Shown here one piece after another: positions 48,245 to 61,484 of a DNA stretch of 64,000 nt. Within the stretch, counting starts at the first letter, position 1. Each line of letters starts with the position of its first letter. Under the pieces are notes generated by a model, which made no database searches, had not been told where the DNA came from, and saw nothing but the letters and a program-made list of their open reading frames with translations. The position numbers and the translations under genes are program-made. The DNA lies in the NCBI RefSeq assembly GCF_009914755.1, contig NC_060929.1. One strand, written 5' to 3'. Source of the DNA: the human T2T-CHM13v2.0 reference genome, Homo sapiens.

Positions 48245-48844
48245 AGTATAGCTATTATATTGGCCAAAAAAAAAAGCAAAAACCTCTATTTCTTTAATAT
48301 TAAATGACTGTCTTCTCCTAAATGACTTAGAGGAAACTTGTTTGTTTGCACAATAGTAATGATTAGAAATGTTAAAATGTCAGCATTGAAAAAGGAGCAG
48401 GGTTTATTGATCTTTCATACATAATTCCAACACCAGCTGGTGAGAGTGTGCTGGGCTCAGGGCTGAGACACTGGGGTGTTTAGTATCAGCTCTTCATCCA
48501 CTTCCTATGCCCCCATAAGTTGAGCTTGGCACCAGTCAGCTTGTTTTTACAGATGTTGATTCAGTTTAGAAATAGCCATCTGGGCCCAAGGCTATGCCTC
48601 ACAGATGGTGATTCAGCTCAAGGGTTTCACAGACAAAGGTTGTCATACAGCTGGAGCACTTGGGGACTCCCTAGTTCAGAGCCCCAGAGAATGTAGAAAA
48701 TTAGAAATGGAAAGGGCCTGTATTAGTTATCTATTCCTGAATAATGCATCACTCCAAAACTTAGTGGCTTAAAACAACAGTCATTTATTATCTCTCGTGG
48801 TTCCTATGGGTTAGATATTGTGAAGTATTCAGTGGGGTGGTTCT

Positions 48845-48922
48845 TTTTTTTATTATTATACTTTAAGTTTTAGGGTACATGTGCACAACGTGCAGGTTTG
48901 TTACATATGTATACATGTGCCA
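48845..48922 (-). mobile_element. 78-bp 5'-truncated L1PA (PA2-PA4-type) inside an MLT1 LTR (~48719-49317)
   Basis: tactttaagttttagggtacatgtgcacaacgtgcagg...; 15-bp TSD cagtgggg(t/g)ggttct at 48830-48844 and 48923-48937. Confidence 0.9.
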
Positions 48923-49689
48923 CAGTGGGGGGGTTCTGTCTTGGGTTCTCTCATGATGGTGCAGTCAGATGGTGGCTGGAACCGGGTCACCTCTAGGGCT
49001 TCTTTACTCACACATCTGGTACCCAGACTGTGATGATCAAACATTTGAGGACCGAAACAGCTAGGGCTCCAGGGCATCTCCCTGTATGTGGTCTCTCCAT
49101 GTGACCTCTCCAGCATAGTGGCTTCCTGGTAGCTGGACTTCTTTCATGGTGGCTCAGGGTACCAAAGGCACATATTGCATGAGAGAGAGAAAACTCCAGG
49201 CTGAAGGCATTTTGCTTTTTTTCTAACTTAGCCTAAGAGGTCATATGGAAAGAGAATTAGCCTCTACCTTTTTGTGAGAAGAGTGTCAAAGAATTTGCAG
49301 ACAAGTTTTAAAACCACGGCAGGACCTTAGAGGCCTGATAGCTCCAGGGCTGGATGTCTTCCTTTGCCCCTCCTGTTCCTGTCTGTGCCCTCCTACCCAT
49401 TCGGTGCCCAGGAGGCAGAGTGACAGCTCCTCTCTGCTCTTGGTCCTGGGACACTGCATGCTTCCTTGCATTTTTCCTGCACATTGCCCACACCTTTGTA
49501 AACAGTCCTTTTATTCAACTCCTCAAATTACCCAATTTGAGACACCATCTGTCTCCTGCAGTGATTCTGATAGTTACTCCCACATCCTTCACCTTAGAGA
49601 TGAGAATGACCCCATGCTCCCAGCCAGGGGTCCAGGACTTGGGACACCCAATCCAGGGTCCTTTTGTTTCCATTCTATTAGCCAACACA

Positions 49690-49910
49690 TGCAGAAACCA
49701 GAATGGGGCCCGAGGCAAAAGGAAAAGTCACTGACACAGTGTATTTATTTAAAACTTTGACATTTTTTTCAGCACGGATTTTTGCATTAATTTTTGTTTT
49801 ATAACAGATTGCGTTATAATATTATTTATCATGACTGAGTTTTTTTTTTGGCATCCCCTTAACTTTTGTGTCCCTGGGAGTCCCCTACTTGCCTCACCCT
49901 ATCCCGGCCC
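49690..49910. mobile_element. MER96B-like hAT relic
   Basis: gaggcaaaaggaaaa...ggatttttgcattaattttt...acttgcctcaccctatcccggccc. Confidence 0.65.
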
Positions 49911-50790
49911 CATCCCTCCAGCTTGCTCCCCACCTTGTGCTGCTACCACACTGCAGAGCTGGCTTGGGCTTTTAGAGGCCACCCAGGAATCCTTTCAGCA
50001 CCTCCTCCTTTTCCTGAGGTTTTACCATTGAACCCTCATTGCCTGGTGGGTGCCACATCTTCGGATGCTGTCAGCAGCATTTGAGTGGTGACGAATCCCT
50101 AGTTTGTAACTAGGTGGAAATAAAAGCTCCTTTATTCAATTTTCTGTTAGGCACCTCCCAGGAGTGCCAGGTGTATGTATGCCTGGTGCTCTGGAGGAAG
50201 ATGGGTGAGATGCATGGTGGAACTTAGAGGCATTTGCATTTAGGGTGGAAAACAGACATATTAAAAGTTAGAATAAAATATGACAAAGGCTCTTCAAGCT
50301 ATATAAAAAATACTGAGTACACAACTAAATCTGTTGTTTAGAGTTTGTTCAAAGAAGGAAGGAGGGTGGGTAGGAAGGGGTAGGCTGGCAGAGAGGAAGA
50401 GCAGGCTGGCTGCTGGCAAGTCCCACCAAGGTGAGGTTAGGAGGCACCACAGATAACTAAACACCGGCTAGCTTGCAGTTTTCTCTTCTGCTGTCCTTAT
50501 TTAGATCCTCTTCTGTCACTGCACGTAGCTGGCAGACTTTTCTCTTTTAGATCTATTCTAAGGCACTAAGGAATGAGGCTCTTTACACTTCATTTCTCTG
50601 CTGTCAGGGAAGAGGCTGATGTTACGTGCCCATGCGTCACCACTATTTAACGACAGACACACCAACGGTTCTGGACCTGGCAGTATTTTTCCCTTTGATG
50701 CAGGCAGTGAGGGATGTTAAATGGCATTTCATTATGATCTACTGGCTAGATGTTAGTCATGGCATATTTTAGAGTAAGGCTGAAGGGAGT

Positions 50791-51782
50791 TGTAGGGAAA
50801 AGAAAGAGAGATCAGACAGTTATTGTGCCTATGTAGAAAAGGAAGACATAAGAAACTCCATTTTGACCTGTACTCTGAACAATTGCTTTGCCCTGAGATG
50901 CTGTTAATCTGTAACTTTGCCCCAACCTTGAGCTCACAAAAATATGTGTTGTATGGAATCAAGGTTTAAGGGATCTAGGGCTGTGCAGGATGTGCCTTGT
51001 TAACAAAATGTTTACAGGCAGTATGTTTGGTAAAAGTCATCGCCATTCTCCATAAACCAGGGGCACAATGCACTGCGGAAAGCTGCAGGGACCTCTGCCC
51101 TGGAAAGCCGGGTATTGTCCAAGGTTTCTTCCCGTGTGATAGCCTGAGATATGGCCTCAAGGGATGGGAAAGACCTGACCGTCCCCCAGCCCGACACCCA
51201 TGAAGGGTCTGTGCTGAGGAGGATTAGCAAAAGAGGAAGGCCTCTTGCAGTTGAGATAAGAGGAAGGTCTCTGTCTCCTGCCTGCCCCTGGGAATGGAAT
51301 GTCTCGGTATAAAACCTGATTGTACATTTGTTCTATTCTGAGATAGGAGAAAAGCCGCCCTGTGGCGGGAGGCGAGACATGTTGGCAGCAATGCTGCTCT
51401 GCAACTCTTTACTCCACTGAGATGTTTGGGTGGAGAGAAGCATAAACCTGGCCTATGTGCACATCCAGGCATAGTACCTTCCCTTGAACTTATTTGTGAC
51501 ACAGATTCCTTTGCTCACATGTTTTCTTGCTGACCTTCTCCCCACTATCACCCTGCTTTCCTACTGCATTCCTCTTGCTGAGACAGTGAAAATAGTAATC
51601 AATAAATACTGAGGAAACCCAGAGACCGGTGCCGGTGCTGGTCCTCTGTATGTTAAGTGCCGGTCTCCTGGGCCCGCTGTTCTTTCTCTATACTTTGTCT
51701 CTGTGTCTTATTTCTTTTCTCAGTCTCTCATCCCACCCGACGAGAAATACCCACAGGTGTGGAGGGGCAGGCCACCCCTTCA
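50791..51782 (+). mobile_element. HERV-K (HML-2) LTR5A/B solo LTR
   Basis: tgtagggaaaagaaagagagatcagac...ggccaccccttca, 992 bp; TATAAAA at 51308, AATAAA at 51601; imperfect TSD ggagt/ggaat. Confidence 0.93.
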
Positions 51783-53793
51783 GGAATTGAGGTACTCCAA
51801 AGGCCATTGTGCAAACAAGAACAATCCCCAATCTCCTTCACAGTTATCCATCTGCAGGCATCTCGCTTTAGGCTGCACCATCTCATTTTTTTGCTGCTAG
51901 TCTAGTCATTTGGTTAATTTCCAAGGCTATTGTCTGTGAAGGATTGACTGCCTGGCTGGACACAGGGATCTCTTTAGTCTGGATTTTGTTTCTGATTCAC
52001 TGCGATAATCTGGGTAGATAGATCACTTAATCTCTCACCCTTTCCTCCCATTATTACTCTTCAAAAGCCTTCTCGCCAAATCACCACTTTCTTATTCCCA
52101 GTGTTCCTGGGCCTTAATAGATGATGTCATTCAACAATCCTTGATATGGGATCAAAATACTACTTCTTTTGGGCAGTTCCTAATTATTTTATTTTCTGTT
52201 TCTGCTTTATAACTTCCAGTTCCCCCTTTCTTCAATCTTCTCAATTTCACTACACTCTACATTTCAGCTCTTCTCTCTGATGCAGCTAAACTACTATATT
52301 ATGGTGCATAATCTTTAATGGGACCCATTCCTAGCTAATCTTTTGAAATGCAGTTCTGTAATTATATTTTAACTTAGTTCCCTCTTTTTCTAACTGTGGC
52401 TTTTAAAGTCTGTTAATGTTCTAATATGAAGTCATTCCTTCTAATTTAATAATAATATGAAAAACATATCCTATGCATGCACTCATATAAAACTATTATT
52501 ATTAGGAGTAAAACCCTAGGGATAAAGACATATAATATGGTTGGTATAATTCAATAACAGCTACCATTTAAATACATTCTCTATGTATTATATATATTAT
52601 AATATTTGATCCCTACAATAATTCTTAGTATATATCACCATTTCACATGTAAGAAAATTTACAATCAAAGACATTGAATCGAGGTGGGCCTTTGTTTTGT
52701 TTTGTTTAACTCTTTTGCGGAAACCTATCATTTTGTGGATTCAGCATCCCTTCTTCTGAAAACTGCTTCTCCCTTCTCTATCCCTATGGCTGCATTGAGA
52801 ACAGTCCTGTTATGACAACATCCTACCCCCTGGCCTCTGGGCCTCGTCCTACAATTGTGTGAAGCACATTAGTTTATGTTATTTTTATTTGTCTAACAGT
52901 AACATGTAAAACTTAGAATTGTTGGTGGCCTGTTTACCAGCACAGGGACTGCAGATGTCAGTAAAGTCAGCTAGCAGACAGAGAGACTGGGGAGTGGCAT
53001 TCACACTCCTGCCTTTAATCCCCCACGTCCTGGCCCCCCCATGTATTCTGGAAGAAGTCTTCGTGTCCTGATAAAAAATTTCCCTTTTGGCTTACGCTCA
53101 AGTTTGTTATCAGTCACTTGCAACCCTGAAAAGTCTGAACTTTTACCAACTGTTGATCATCATTTGGGTTGAAAATAGCTGGCACATTAGAATTTCATTC
53201 AAAAGCTGATTTATACTAGTTCCCCAAAGGCTATGTGCTTCGTTTCTTCCTTCCTGATCTCAAACACACATGAAAAATAAATCTTATCTATTAAAAACAG
53301 TTGCATTAAAAATAGCTAAATCCTTTTTTTACTGAAATAGAAAAACAATTATAAAATTCGTATGAAACCTAAAAGACCTCAAGTAGCCAAAACATTCTTG
53401 AGAAAGAAACAAAGCACGAGGCACCACACTTCCTGATTTCAAAATATATCACAAATCTACAGTAGTTAAAACAATATGGTACAGGCATAAAGACAGACAT
53501 ATAGACCAATTGAGCAGAACAGAGAGCCAGAAATAAATCCACACATATATGGTCAACTCATCTTCAGCAAGGGTGCCAAGAATATACAATGGGGAAAGGA
53601 TAATCTGTTCAACAAATGGTGTTGGGAAAACTGGATATCCAAGTGCAAAATAATAAAATTGAACCTTTACCTTAAATCTTACACAAAAATCAACTCAAAA
53701 TGGATTAAAGACTTAAGTGTAAGACCTGAAACTATAAAACTCCTAGAAGAAAACAGGAAAAAGCATCATGACATTGGTCTTGGCAATGATTTA

Positions 53794-54334
<541 letters not shown>

Positions 54335-54622
54335 TTAAAAATGGGCTAAGGACTTGAATAGACATTTCTCCAAAGAAGACATACAAATGGCCAACCAGTA
54401 TATGAAAAGATGCTCAATATCACCAAGATCAAGAAAATGCAAATCAAATCCACGACGAGACATCACCTCGAAACTGTTCAGATGGCTATCATCAAAAAGA
54501 TACAAGATGACAAGTGCTGGCAGGGAAAAAAGGAAACCCTGGCCACTGTTAGAGGGAATGGCAATTAGCACAGCCATTATGGAAAACACTATGGACTTTC
54601 CTCAAAAAATTAAAATAGAGGA

Positions 54623-54665
54623 GTATTGTATGAAAGGAGAGAAGGTTAACATTCCCCTTGACAAG
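54623..54665 (+). pseudogene. U6atac snRNA pseudogene fragment (nt 1-43)
   Basis: GTATTGTATGAAAGGAGAGAAGGTTAACATTCCCCTTGACAAG matches the recalled U6atac 5' end at 40/43 nt, including the AAGGAGAGA box. Confidence 0.88.
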
Positions 54666-54938
54666 AGGAACAGAAAATCAAATACCGTGTGTCCTCAGTT
54701 ATAAGTGGGAGCTAAATGATGAGAACAAACACATGGACACATAGAGGGAAATGACACATACTGGGGCCTATTGGAAGTTGGAGGGTGGGAGGAGGGAGAG
54801 GATCAGGAAAAATAACTGATGGGTACTAGGCTTAATACCTGGGTGAAGAAATGATCTGTACAACAAACCTCCATGACACATGTTTACCTATGTGACAAAC
54901 CTGCACATGTACTCCTGAAGTTAAAATAAAAGTTTTTA
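54666..54938 (+). mobile_element. L1PA13-16-type 3' end fused to the U6atac fragment
   Basis: aggaacagaaaatcaaatacc...ataagtgggagctaaatgatgagaac...gggtgggaggagggagaggatcagg...aataaaag. Confidence 0.85.
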
Positions 54939-55001
54939 GGCCAGGCACAGTGGCTCACGCCTGTAATCCCAGCACTTTGGGAGGCCAACGTGGGCAGATC
55001 A

Positions 55002-55276
<275 letters not shown>

Positions 55277-57125
55277 TCAGCAAGCCCACTTCTGCGTATT
55301 TTTCCAAAAGAATTGAAATCAGTATGTTGAAGACATACCTGCATTCCTATGTTCGTTGCACCAGTATTCACAATAGCTAAGATGTGGAAACAACCTAAAT
55401 GTTGACGAATGAATAAAGAAAATGTGGTATATACATACAATGGAATATTACTCAGTCTGAGAAAAGAGGAAATCCTTGTCATATACTACAGCATGGATGA
55501 AACTTGAGGACATTATGCTAAGTGAAAGATGCCAGCCACAAAAGGGCAAATACTGTACGATTACACTTACATGAGCTATCTAAAATAGTGAGACTCGTAG
55601 AAGAAGACAGTAGAATGATGGTTGCAGGGATTGGGAGGAGGGTAAAATGGGGAATCGCTAATAATGGGTATAAAGTTTCAGCTATGCAAGATGAATAAGT
55701 TCCAGAGATCTGTTGTACAACGTTGTGCCTATAGTTGATAATATTGTGTTGTGCACTTAAATATCTTTTAAGAGAGTAGATCTCGTGTTTTAACTCTTCT
55801 TACCACAATAAAATAAAAATAATAGCTACATTCATTCAAACAAATCATCTTGAAAGCAATGGAAAACTATTTGGTGGTTGTTGTTGTTGGCTAACTACAA
55901 TGAGTTTTATTCAGTAGTCTTTATTTCTTAAAGAACGCAATGATATGTTCTATTTTCTAACATTTCAACTAATCGATTAATCAGGAAAGGAAAAAGGAAG
56001 TTCATCTAAAGCATGGATTAGTGATGTTCTAAGTTGACGTGATAAATAAAAGAAAAAATTTATTATCACAGGTCATATTACAACTTCTAACTTGCGTGCA
56101 TAGGGATTTTGTGGTCACCCTGAAAACATGGCCTATAATGTGACTGTGAAAGCCAAGTGCAGCCTGTGGAGGCTCTGCCATGAAGTGTCAGAAGTTCTCT
56201 GTGTGTGTCTCATCAGTCTAGGCACAATTTTAAATTCTGCACCTGCCCCCATGTCCATGGATTGAATATGGATCTGCTATTGTGTGGCCACCCTGGCCTT
56301 CAGGCTTAACATAGGTGACAATTTGCTCTGGGGCTTTGTGAAAGAAAAAATGTCTTATTCCTACCTAACAAAAAGAAAGTATTAACCCTGCCTAACAATA
56401 GTCGAAGACCCAAAAAACACCTATCCGGGACTGTATAACATCAACACTGGAGAAGCTATCTGGAAAAATATGGAGAAAAACTGAAATATTTGAAAGTAAT
56501 GGAGGTTAACATACAGGTAATTTCCAATCAGCATACTTGGGGACTCTGAGTTTTCCCAGAACATATTTAAAAAAAAAATCCAGTTTGCTTGAACAAACAA
56601 CTTTCAAATATTAAGCTAATTGTTTGAATGACCAAAGCAGTCCATGAAAATAATTTATCCTTAGTCTTCACACATAGGCCTACTTATTGCCCAGAAAATT
56701 TTTCTTCGGCCTAATCCAAATTACTCTTCCATTTCTCTCACCTATTTTTAATACTTTCTCTCAGAGAGAATGGCTACCTGGCTTCTCCTTGTCTTCCAAT
56801 TTAATCTTCTTAGTTTTTCTCGATAGCTTGTAGTTTCCATCTTTTAATTACCATTAATTTTTTTTGTTTTAGAAAAGGTAGTTTCCACTGGCTTAGTAGA
56901 TATTTACCAAACTGGTGAAAACTACACATTAATTTATCCACCTAGAATTTGGTGGGAATGAGGTCCATCTTGTACTATAATTTGTGGATTAAGTAAAATC
57001 AGATGCTATGCTATGATGTTTGTAAAATCAGTCACTATGTTAGTGCTCATTCATCCCAGCTCTTGCTGTGTGTGGTTCCTGAGGAGTGGGCATCATGACA
57101 GCAGGGTGGGAACATCACTGTTGTC

Positions 57126-57178
57126 TGTGCACGTGCATGCGTGCATGTGTGTGTGCACATGTGCACATGTGCATATGC
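57126..57178. repeat. 53-bp alternating pyrimidine/purine tract
   Basis: tgtgcacgtgcatgcgtgcatgtgtgtgtgcacatgtgcacatgtgcatatgc. Confidence 0.9.
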
Positions 57179-58561
57179 TTGTAAAGGGGCTGGCTGGAGA
57201 AGAATGTCTCCTTGGTGATGCTAACAAAGCAACATTGAGCTGGAGTGACATCAGGTGCCAGACCCCCTAAGAGGTAAAGGCAGAGGTCTCCAAGGTGGGT
57301 GCTGGACTGAATTCTGGGAACAGGCCAAGGGCTGTGGCTACATCAATGGGAAAGAGAAGAGGGCCTGTGGCATGCCTGGTGAGTGGGCCTAAGGCTCCCT
57401 CTAGGCACAAAAAGGGTGGGAGATAGAGCTGAAGATGGCCTGGCATGTTTGAGGCCAGCAAGTTGGGGTTAAGTTGTTTGTTTTTCTCCTCTTTTATTCC
57501 TCCCAGGTTTCTTTATAACCTTTTCAAAATTCAGGCATCTAAACAGCCCTTGGGATGAGAAGGACATGGTGGCCAGTGTCCATGAGCTTTAGGTACTCTT
57601 TTCCCTCTCACTGTCTGTGGTCTGAGGACTGCTTACAAAGTTGGACTGTGGCACGAAGGCCTCCTGATTAAACCAACAAAGAGGCCGCCTCTCCAGAGCT
57701 CAGAATTGTCCTGACATGAAAATAATCAAGTTCTGACACTGCCAGGATAATTACTGTTTAATTTCGAGTATTTTAAAACTGAAAATATAGCCATTCCTTC
57801 CTTTATAACTCTGTATTATGGTCTATTTGTAATAATTGTAATAACAATGCTTGGTGCAGAGACTGGAAAGGGGTAGGAAAGCCAATAGTGGAGCATCCTC
57901 ATGTTTCCCACAGTTTTGGACACAAAGAAGAAATTCTCTTCTCTCCTGATAAGCAGAGATAAGCTTATACTTATTTCCGGATCCCTAAGTCATCTTTTTA
58001 GCCCTGCAAATTTGCTGGTGAGCAGTTACAATAAAGCTTCCTGGCAGTTCCTTCTACCAGAGTGTTAAAGTAATCCAGGTATTTGAAGGCACGAAATGGA
58101 ATGACTTAATCTCATCTCTCAGTGGTTCAGATGGATGCGAAGGTCATGGCTACAGCTACCTGGTCTAGGAGTGTGTACATCATGTAAACATCCAGGTCAA
58201 GTGACAGAGCTCAGCTAAAATCCAGAAGTCCCCTGACACCAGAGTTAGTTTTCCATGAAAGAAATGCCTATAAGAAACTGGACCAGGATAAAGCAAAGAG
58301 TAAGGGGCAGGAAGAAAGCTTATAATTGCATTACTGCAATCTTCTGCAAAATCAGACTTCTGCTTCTGTTCCACCTCTTTAAAGCTGAAAATGCCTCAAG
58401 TTTCTTACTGAGAGACATGAGAAATTCCATGAATACTAAATTCTTTGACAATTTCTAGCATGGTTTCATCCAAGGTTATGTGATGAGGCTGCATAATATA
58501 GGCTCTATATGTTTGGGTATTTTATGCGTGTATGTAACTTTGTCACTTTGATTTGCAAAAT

Positions 58562-58880
58562 GGAAAATTCCCTGAATGCCCACAGAAAAGTATAATGTAG
58601 CATTTAGCAGGTCAACAAAATGCACTCCCTTATTCTTTGTCTCCGCCTCATTCTCCAACACTTTAGTGCACTAAGTTGTAGTGACTGAAATCATTCTTGG
58701 TGAATAATGCTGGGCCACGCTGAAAATTTGTGGCTGAGAGCTGGACCCTCGTCATCGCCACGTACTCTGTCAATGAGACAGGGTAACCCATGGTTACTGA
58801 GCTCCGATCAGTTAAGGGGCAGAGAGCCTCCGCTCCCCACTGCTCTATAAAAGAGACCCAGCAAAGGGACCCTACCAGCT
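58562..58880 (+). promoter_or_regulatory. CRHBP: CRHBP proximal promoter
   Basis: TATAAAA 58846-58852 (TSS expected ~58875-58880); CRE half-site CGTCA 58750-58754; AP-1-like TGACTGA 58682-58688; AGGTCA half-site 58609-58614; NF-kB-like GGAAAATTCCC 58562-58572. Confidence 0.8.
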
Positions 58881-58966
58881 TCTAGCTCTCAGTCTGCGCG
58901 AGGGTGTAGGAAGGAAAGCCCAGGACCTCCGGAGCAGAGCACAGCAGCTGCAGAGGCAAGGCCAGC

Positions 58967-59047
58967 ATGTCGCCCAACTTCAAACTTCAGTGTCACTTCA
59001 TTCTCATCTTCCTGACGGCTCTAAGAGGGGAAAGCCGGTACCTAGAG
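58967..59047 (+). CDS. CRHBP: Corticotropin-releasing hormone-binding protein, exon 1 (signal peptide)
   Basis: Kozak-like gccagcATG; MSPNFKLQCHFILIFLTALRGESRYLE; donor GAG|gtgag; 81 nt. Confidence 0.97.
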
Positions 59048-59432
59048 GTGAGCCACCCCTGGACTGACCCATCTCACCTTCCTTGCGTGTTAGCCCTAGG
59101 CGGCAGGCAGGCTGCCTCTGCTCGCAGCCTTTTGGGGTTCGCTGTTTCTTCCCTCTCTGCTGGATGCTGTCTTGCCCCTGGTTTCCCCTATCCTGTTCTC
59201 CCTCCTTGCCTCTGAGCATCCCAGACTGCCTGCCTGCCTTCCTCTGGCCGCTGGGGATACCCTGGCCTGATGGAGAGGGTCTAAGACCTTCCCGTCTTCT
59301 CCGGACACGGGAAAACATTACCCCTCTCTCTTTATTCGCTATGCTGAGTGGCAGGGAGGGTGCCCCGCTCCTGGTCCCCTTTTTTATCCCCAGCCCTTGA
59401 ACTTTTCCGGACTGACCTATGTTTCTTGCCAG

Positions 59433-59526
59433 CTGAGGGAAGCGGCGGACTACGATCCTTTCCTGCTCTTCAGCGCCAACCTGAAGCGGGAGCTGGCTGG
59501 GGAGCAGCCGTACCGCCGCGCTCTGC
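59433..59526 (+). CDS. CRHBP: CRHBP exon 2
   Basis: ttcttgccag|CTG; LREAADYDPFLLFSANLKRELAGEQPYRRAL; C|gtgagt; 94 nt. Confidence 0.97.
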
Positions 59527-60560
59527 GTGAGTCGAGGCTGCCCGGCTCGCGGGCGCCCGGGACGCGGGGAAGGTGGGACTCTGTGCGGGGGGCAGAGGGC
59601 TCGCGGACATCTCGGGGAAGGGGCTGGCCGGAACCGCCAGGGGCGCGGTCCCCTTAGCTAAGGATCGGTCCGCGGAGGCGCGCCAGGAGCGGGAGAGGGT
59701 GGCGCGCCCGGGGCGCAGGAACCCAGCGCAGCCTAGGCTGGAAGTCGGGGCGCTGGGCACTACAGAGCCCGGGAATGGGGCGCGCGGAGAGCGGCCGCCC
59801 GAGGACGGCGCTGCGGCGGCTGCAGCCCGGGACTTATTGCCCCATGCCCTCCTCCCCCAGGGTGCCTGGACATGCTGAGCCTCCAGGGCCAGTTCACCTT
59901 CACCGCCGACCGGCCGCAGCTGCACTGCGCAGCCTTCTTCATCAGCGAGCCCGAGGAGTTCATTACCATCCACTACGACCAGGTCTCCATCGACTGTCAG
60001 GGCGGCGACTTCCTGAAGGTGAGGCGCCCACGGCCAGCCAACCTAGCCGGAGGGCGGCACGGGAGGGTTGGAAAGGGCTGGGGCGCTGCACCCAGCGTGG
60101 GGCTGCTGAGCGTAGGTAGCCAGTGGCACTTCTTAGACACTTCGCTGGTGCCCGAGTCGGAGAGGCGCGTTCGAGGACCCCCACACGGCGAGAATCTCGC
60201 CCTTACCCGAAGACCTCGACCCACACACATCCAGTGGGGCTGGGGCCGGTGCCTCTGGACGCTGCCATGGTTTAAATTCCCTTCTGGGCGCTTTCGAGGC
60301 CCTAGGAACTTCTAAAGACTTGAACTCGCAGCGCGGAACTCTGACGCAATCCAGGGCCGAGGAAAAATGATTAAAACCCAACAAGCTCGAGTGCTGGGGT
60401 CCACCAAGCGGGCCGTCTTGGTTAGAAGGCCCGCCCCACACGTCTCACATCTGAGCCCGCCTCGCTCCTGCTGGTCCACGCTCGGCAGAGCCGTTCCGAG
60501 AGCACAGAGGCTGTCTTCAGTGCGCGGGTGACCCGATTTTGGAGCAGTAGGGGACTGGCT
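59440..60560. promoter_or_regulatory. CpG island over CRHBP exon 2 to intron 3
   Basis: Visibly GC-rich and CpG-dense compared with the CpG-depleted remainder; boundaries judged by eye. Confidence 0.85.
59861..60018 (+). CDS. CRHBP: CRHBP exon 3
   Basis: cctcccccag|GG; (R)CLDMLSLQGQFTF...DCQGGDFLK; AAG|gtgagg; 158 nt, phase-consistent. Confidence 0.97.
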
Positions 60561-61484
60561 GCCGAGGGGGCATCTAGATTGAGATAGGTGGGAGGGCAGG
60601 ACAAGACCCCTAAGCTCACTGCCTCCTCGATTCCAGTCGTCAGACTCCATAAGTATAACAGGGCAGCATGGGATGGCTGATGGAGCTCTACTGTCCAATT
60701 AAAATAATCATGATTAACATCTCCAAAGTAGGATTATTTTGGAACCTGTCACATGCGTTAGAAATAATTTGTAGCTGGGTTGTTGGTAATTTTGCTAATG
60801 TGGACTAGATTGGACTCGTTAAACTGGAGACCTGTGGTGATTTTGAGGGTCAAGTCAATAGACTCTGACCCTTTGTTCAACTGCAAACTTTAACAAGTGA
60901 AGGAAAAATGTTCCAGGTAGCATACCAGCCATCATTGCCTGGCTGTTGAAGCAGTTCTTGACATTTTAAAGTAATATGCGATGATATTTTTAAAAAATGA
61001 GAAAAATGGGTGTATATAGTCATTAGCAGGTAAAGTTGCTGCTCCAGTTTTTTCTTTTGCTATCTATTTTCAAGATATTTTGTTCACATTTCAATGACTA
61101 GAGGAAAGAGAGAAGCTGCACGAAACCTAAATTATGCTTTTGTGGAATTCTTCTGAAGGTGAGAGGTAGAAAATATGACCAAGGTAAAAATGTACATTGT
61201 ACGTTGTTTTATTTACCAAAGTGGTTGAAATGATAAAGTATAAGGAAGTTTACTTACTTTGGAAGCTTTAAGGCTTATAAAAAATTAATTAATACTATTA
61301 CTTGCAAACAACCCTCACCATCCAATATATACAAATGAAAAGGCGAGCAGGCAGAGTGTGGACTGTCGATTCTCACTTATGACTGAAGGCCCATTGCTGG
61401 ATGACTTTCCCCCCCTTTTCAACTCATTTCAGACTTCAGGAGTTGATGGAAATGATAGCATCTATGTCTGTATTTTTTTCAAAG

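Noticed and set aside
59004-60698. Overlapping ORFs on both strands around CRHBP exons 1-3
   Set aside because: Expected stop-codon scarcity in a GC-rich island; only the spliced CRHBP frame has support
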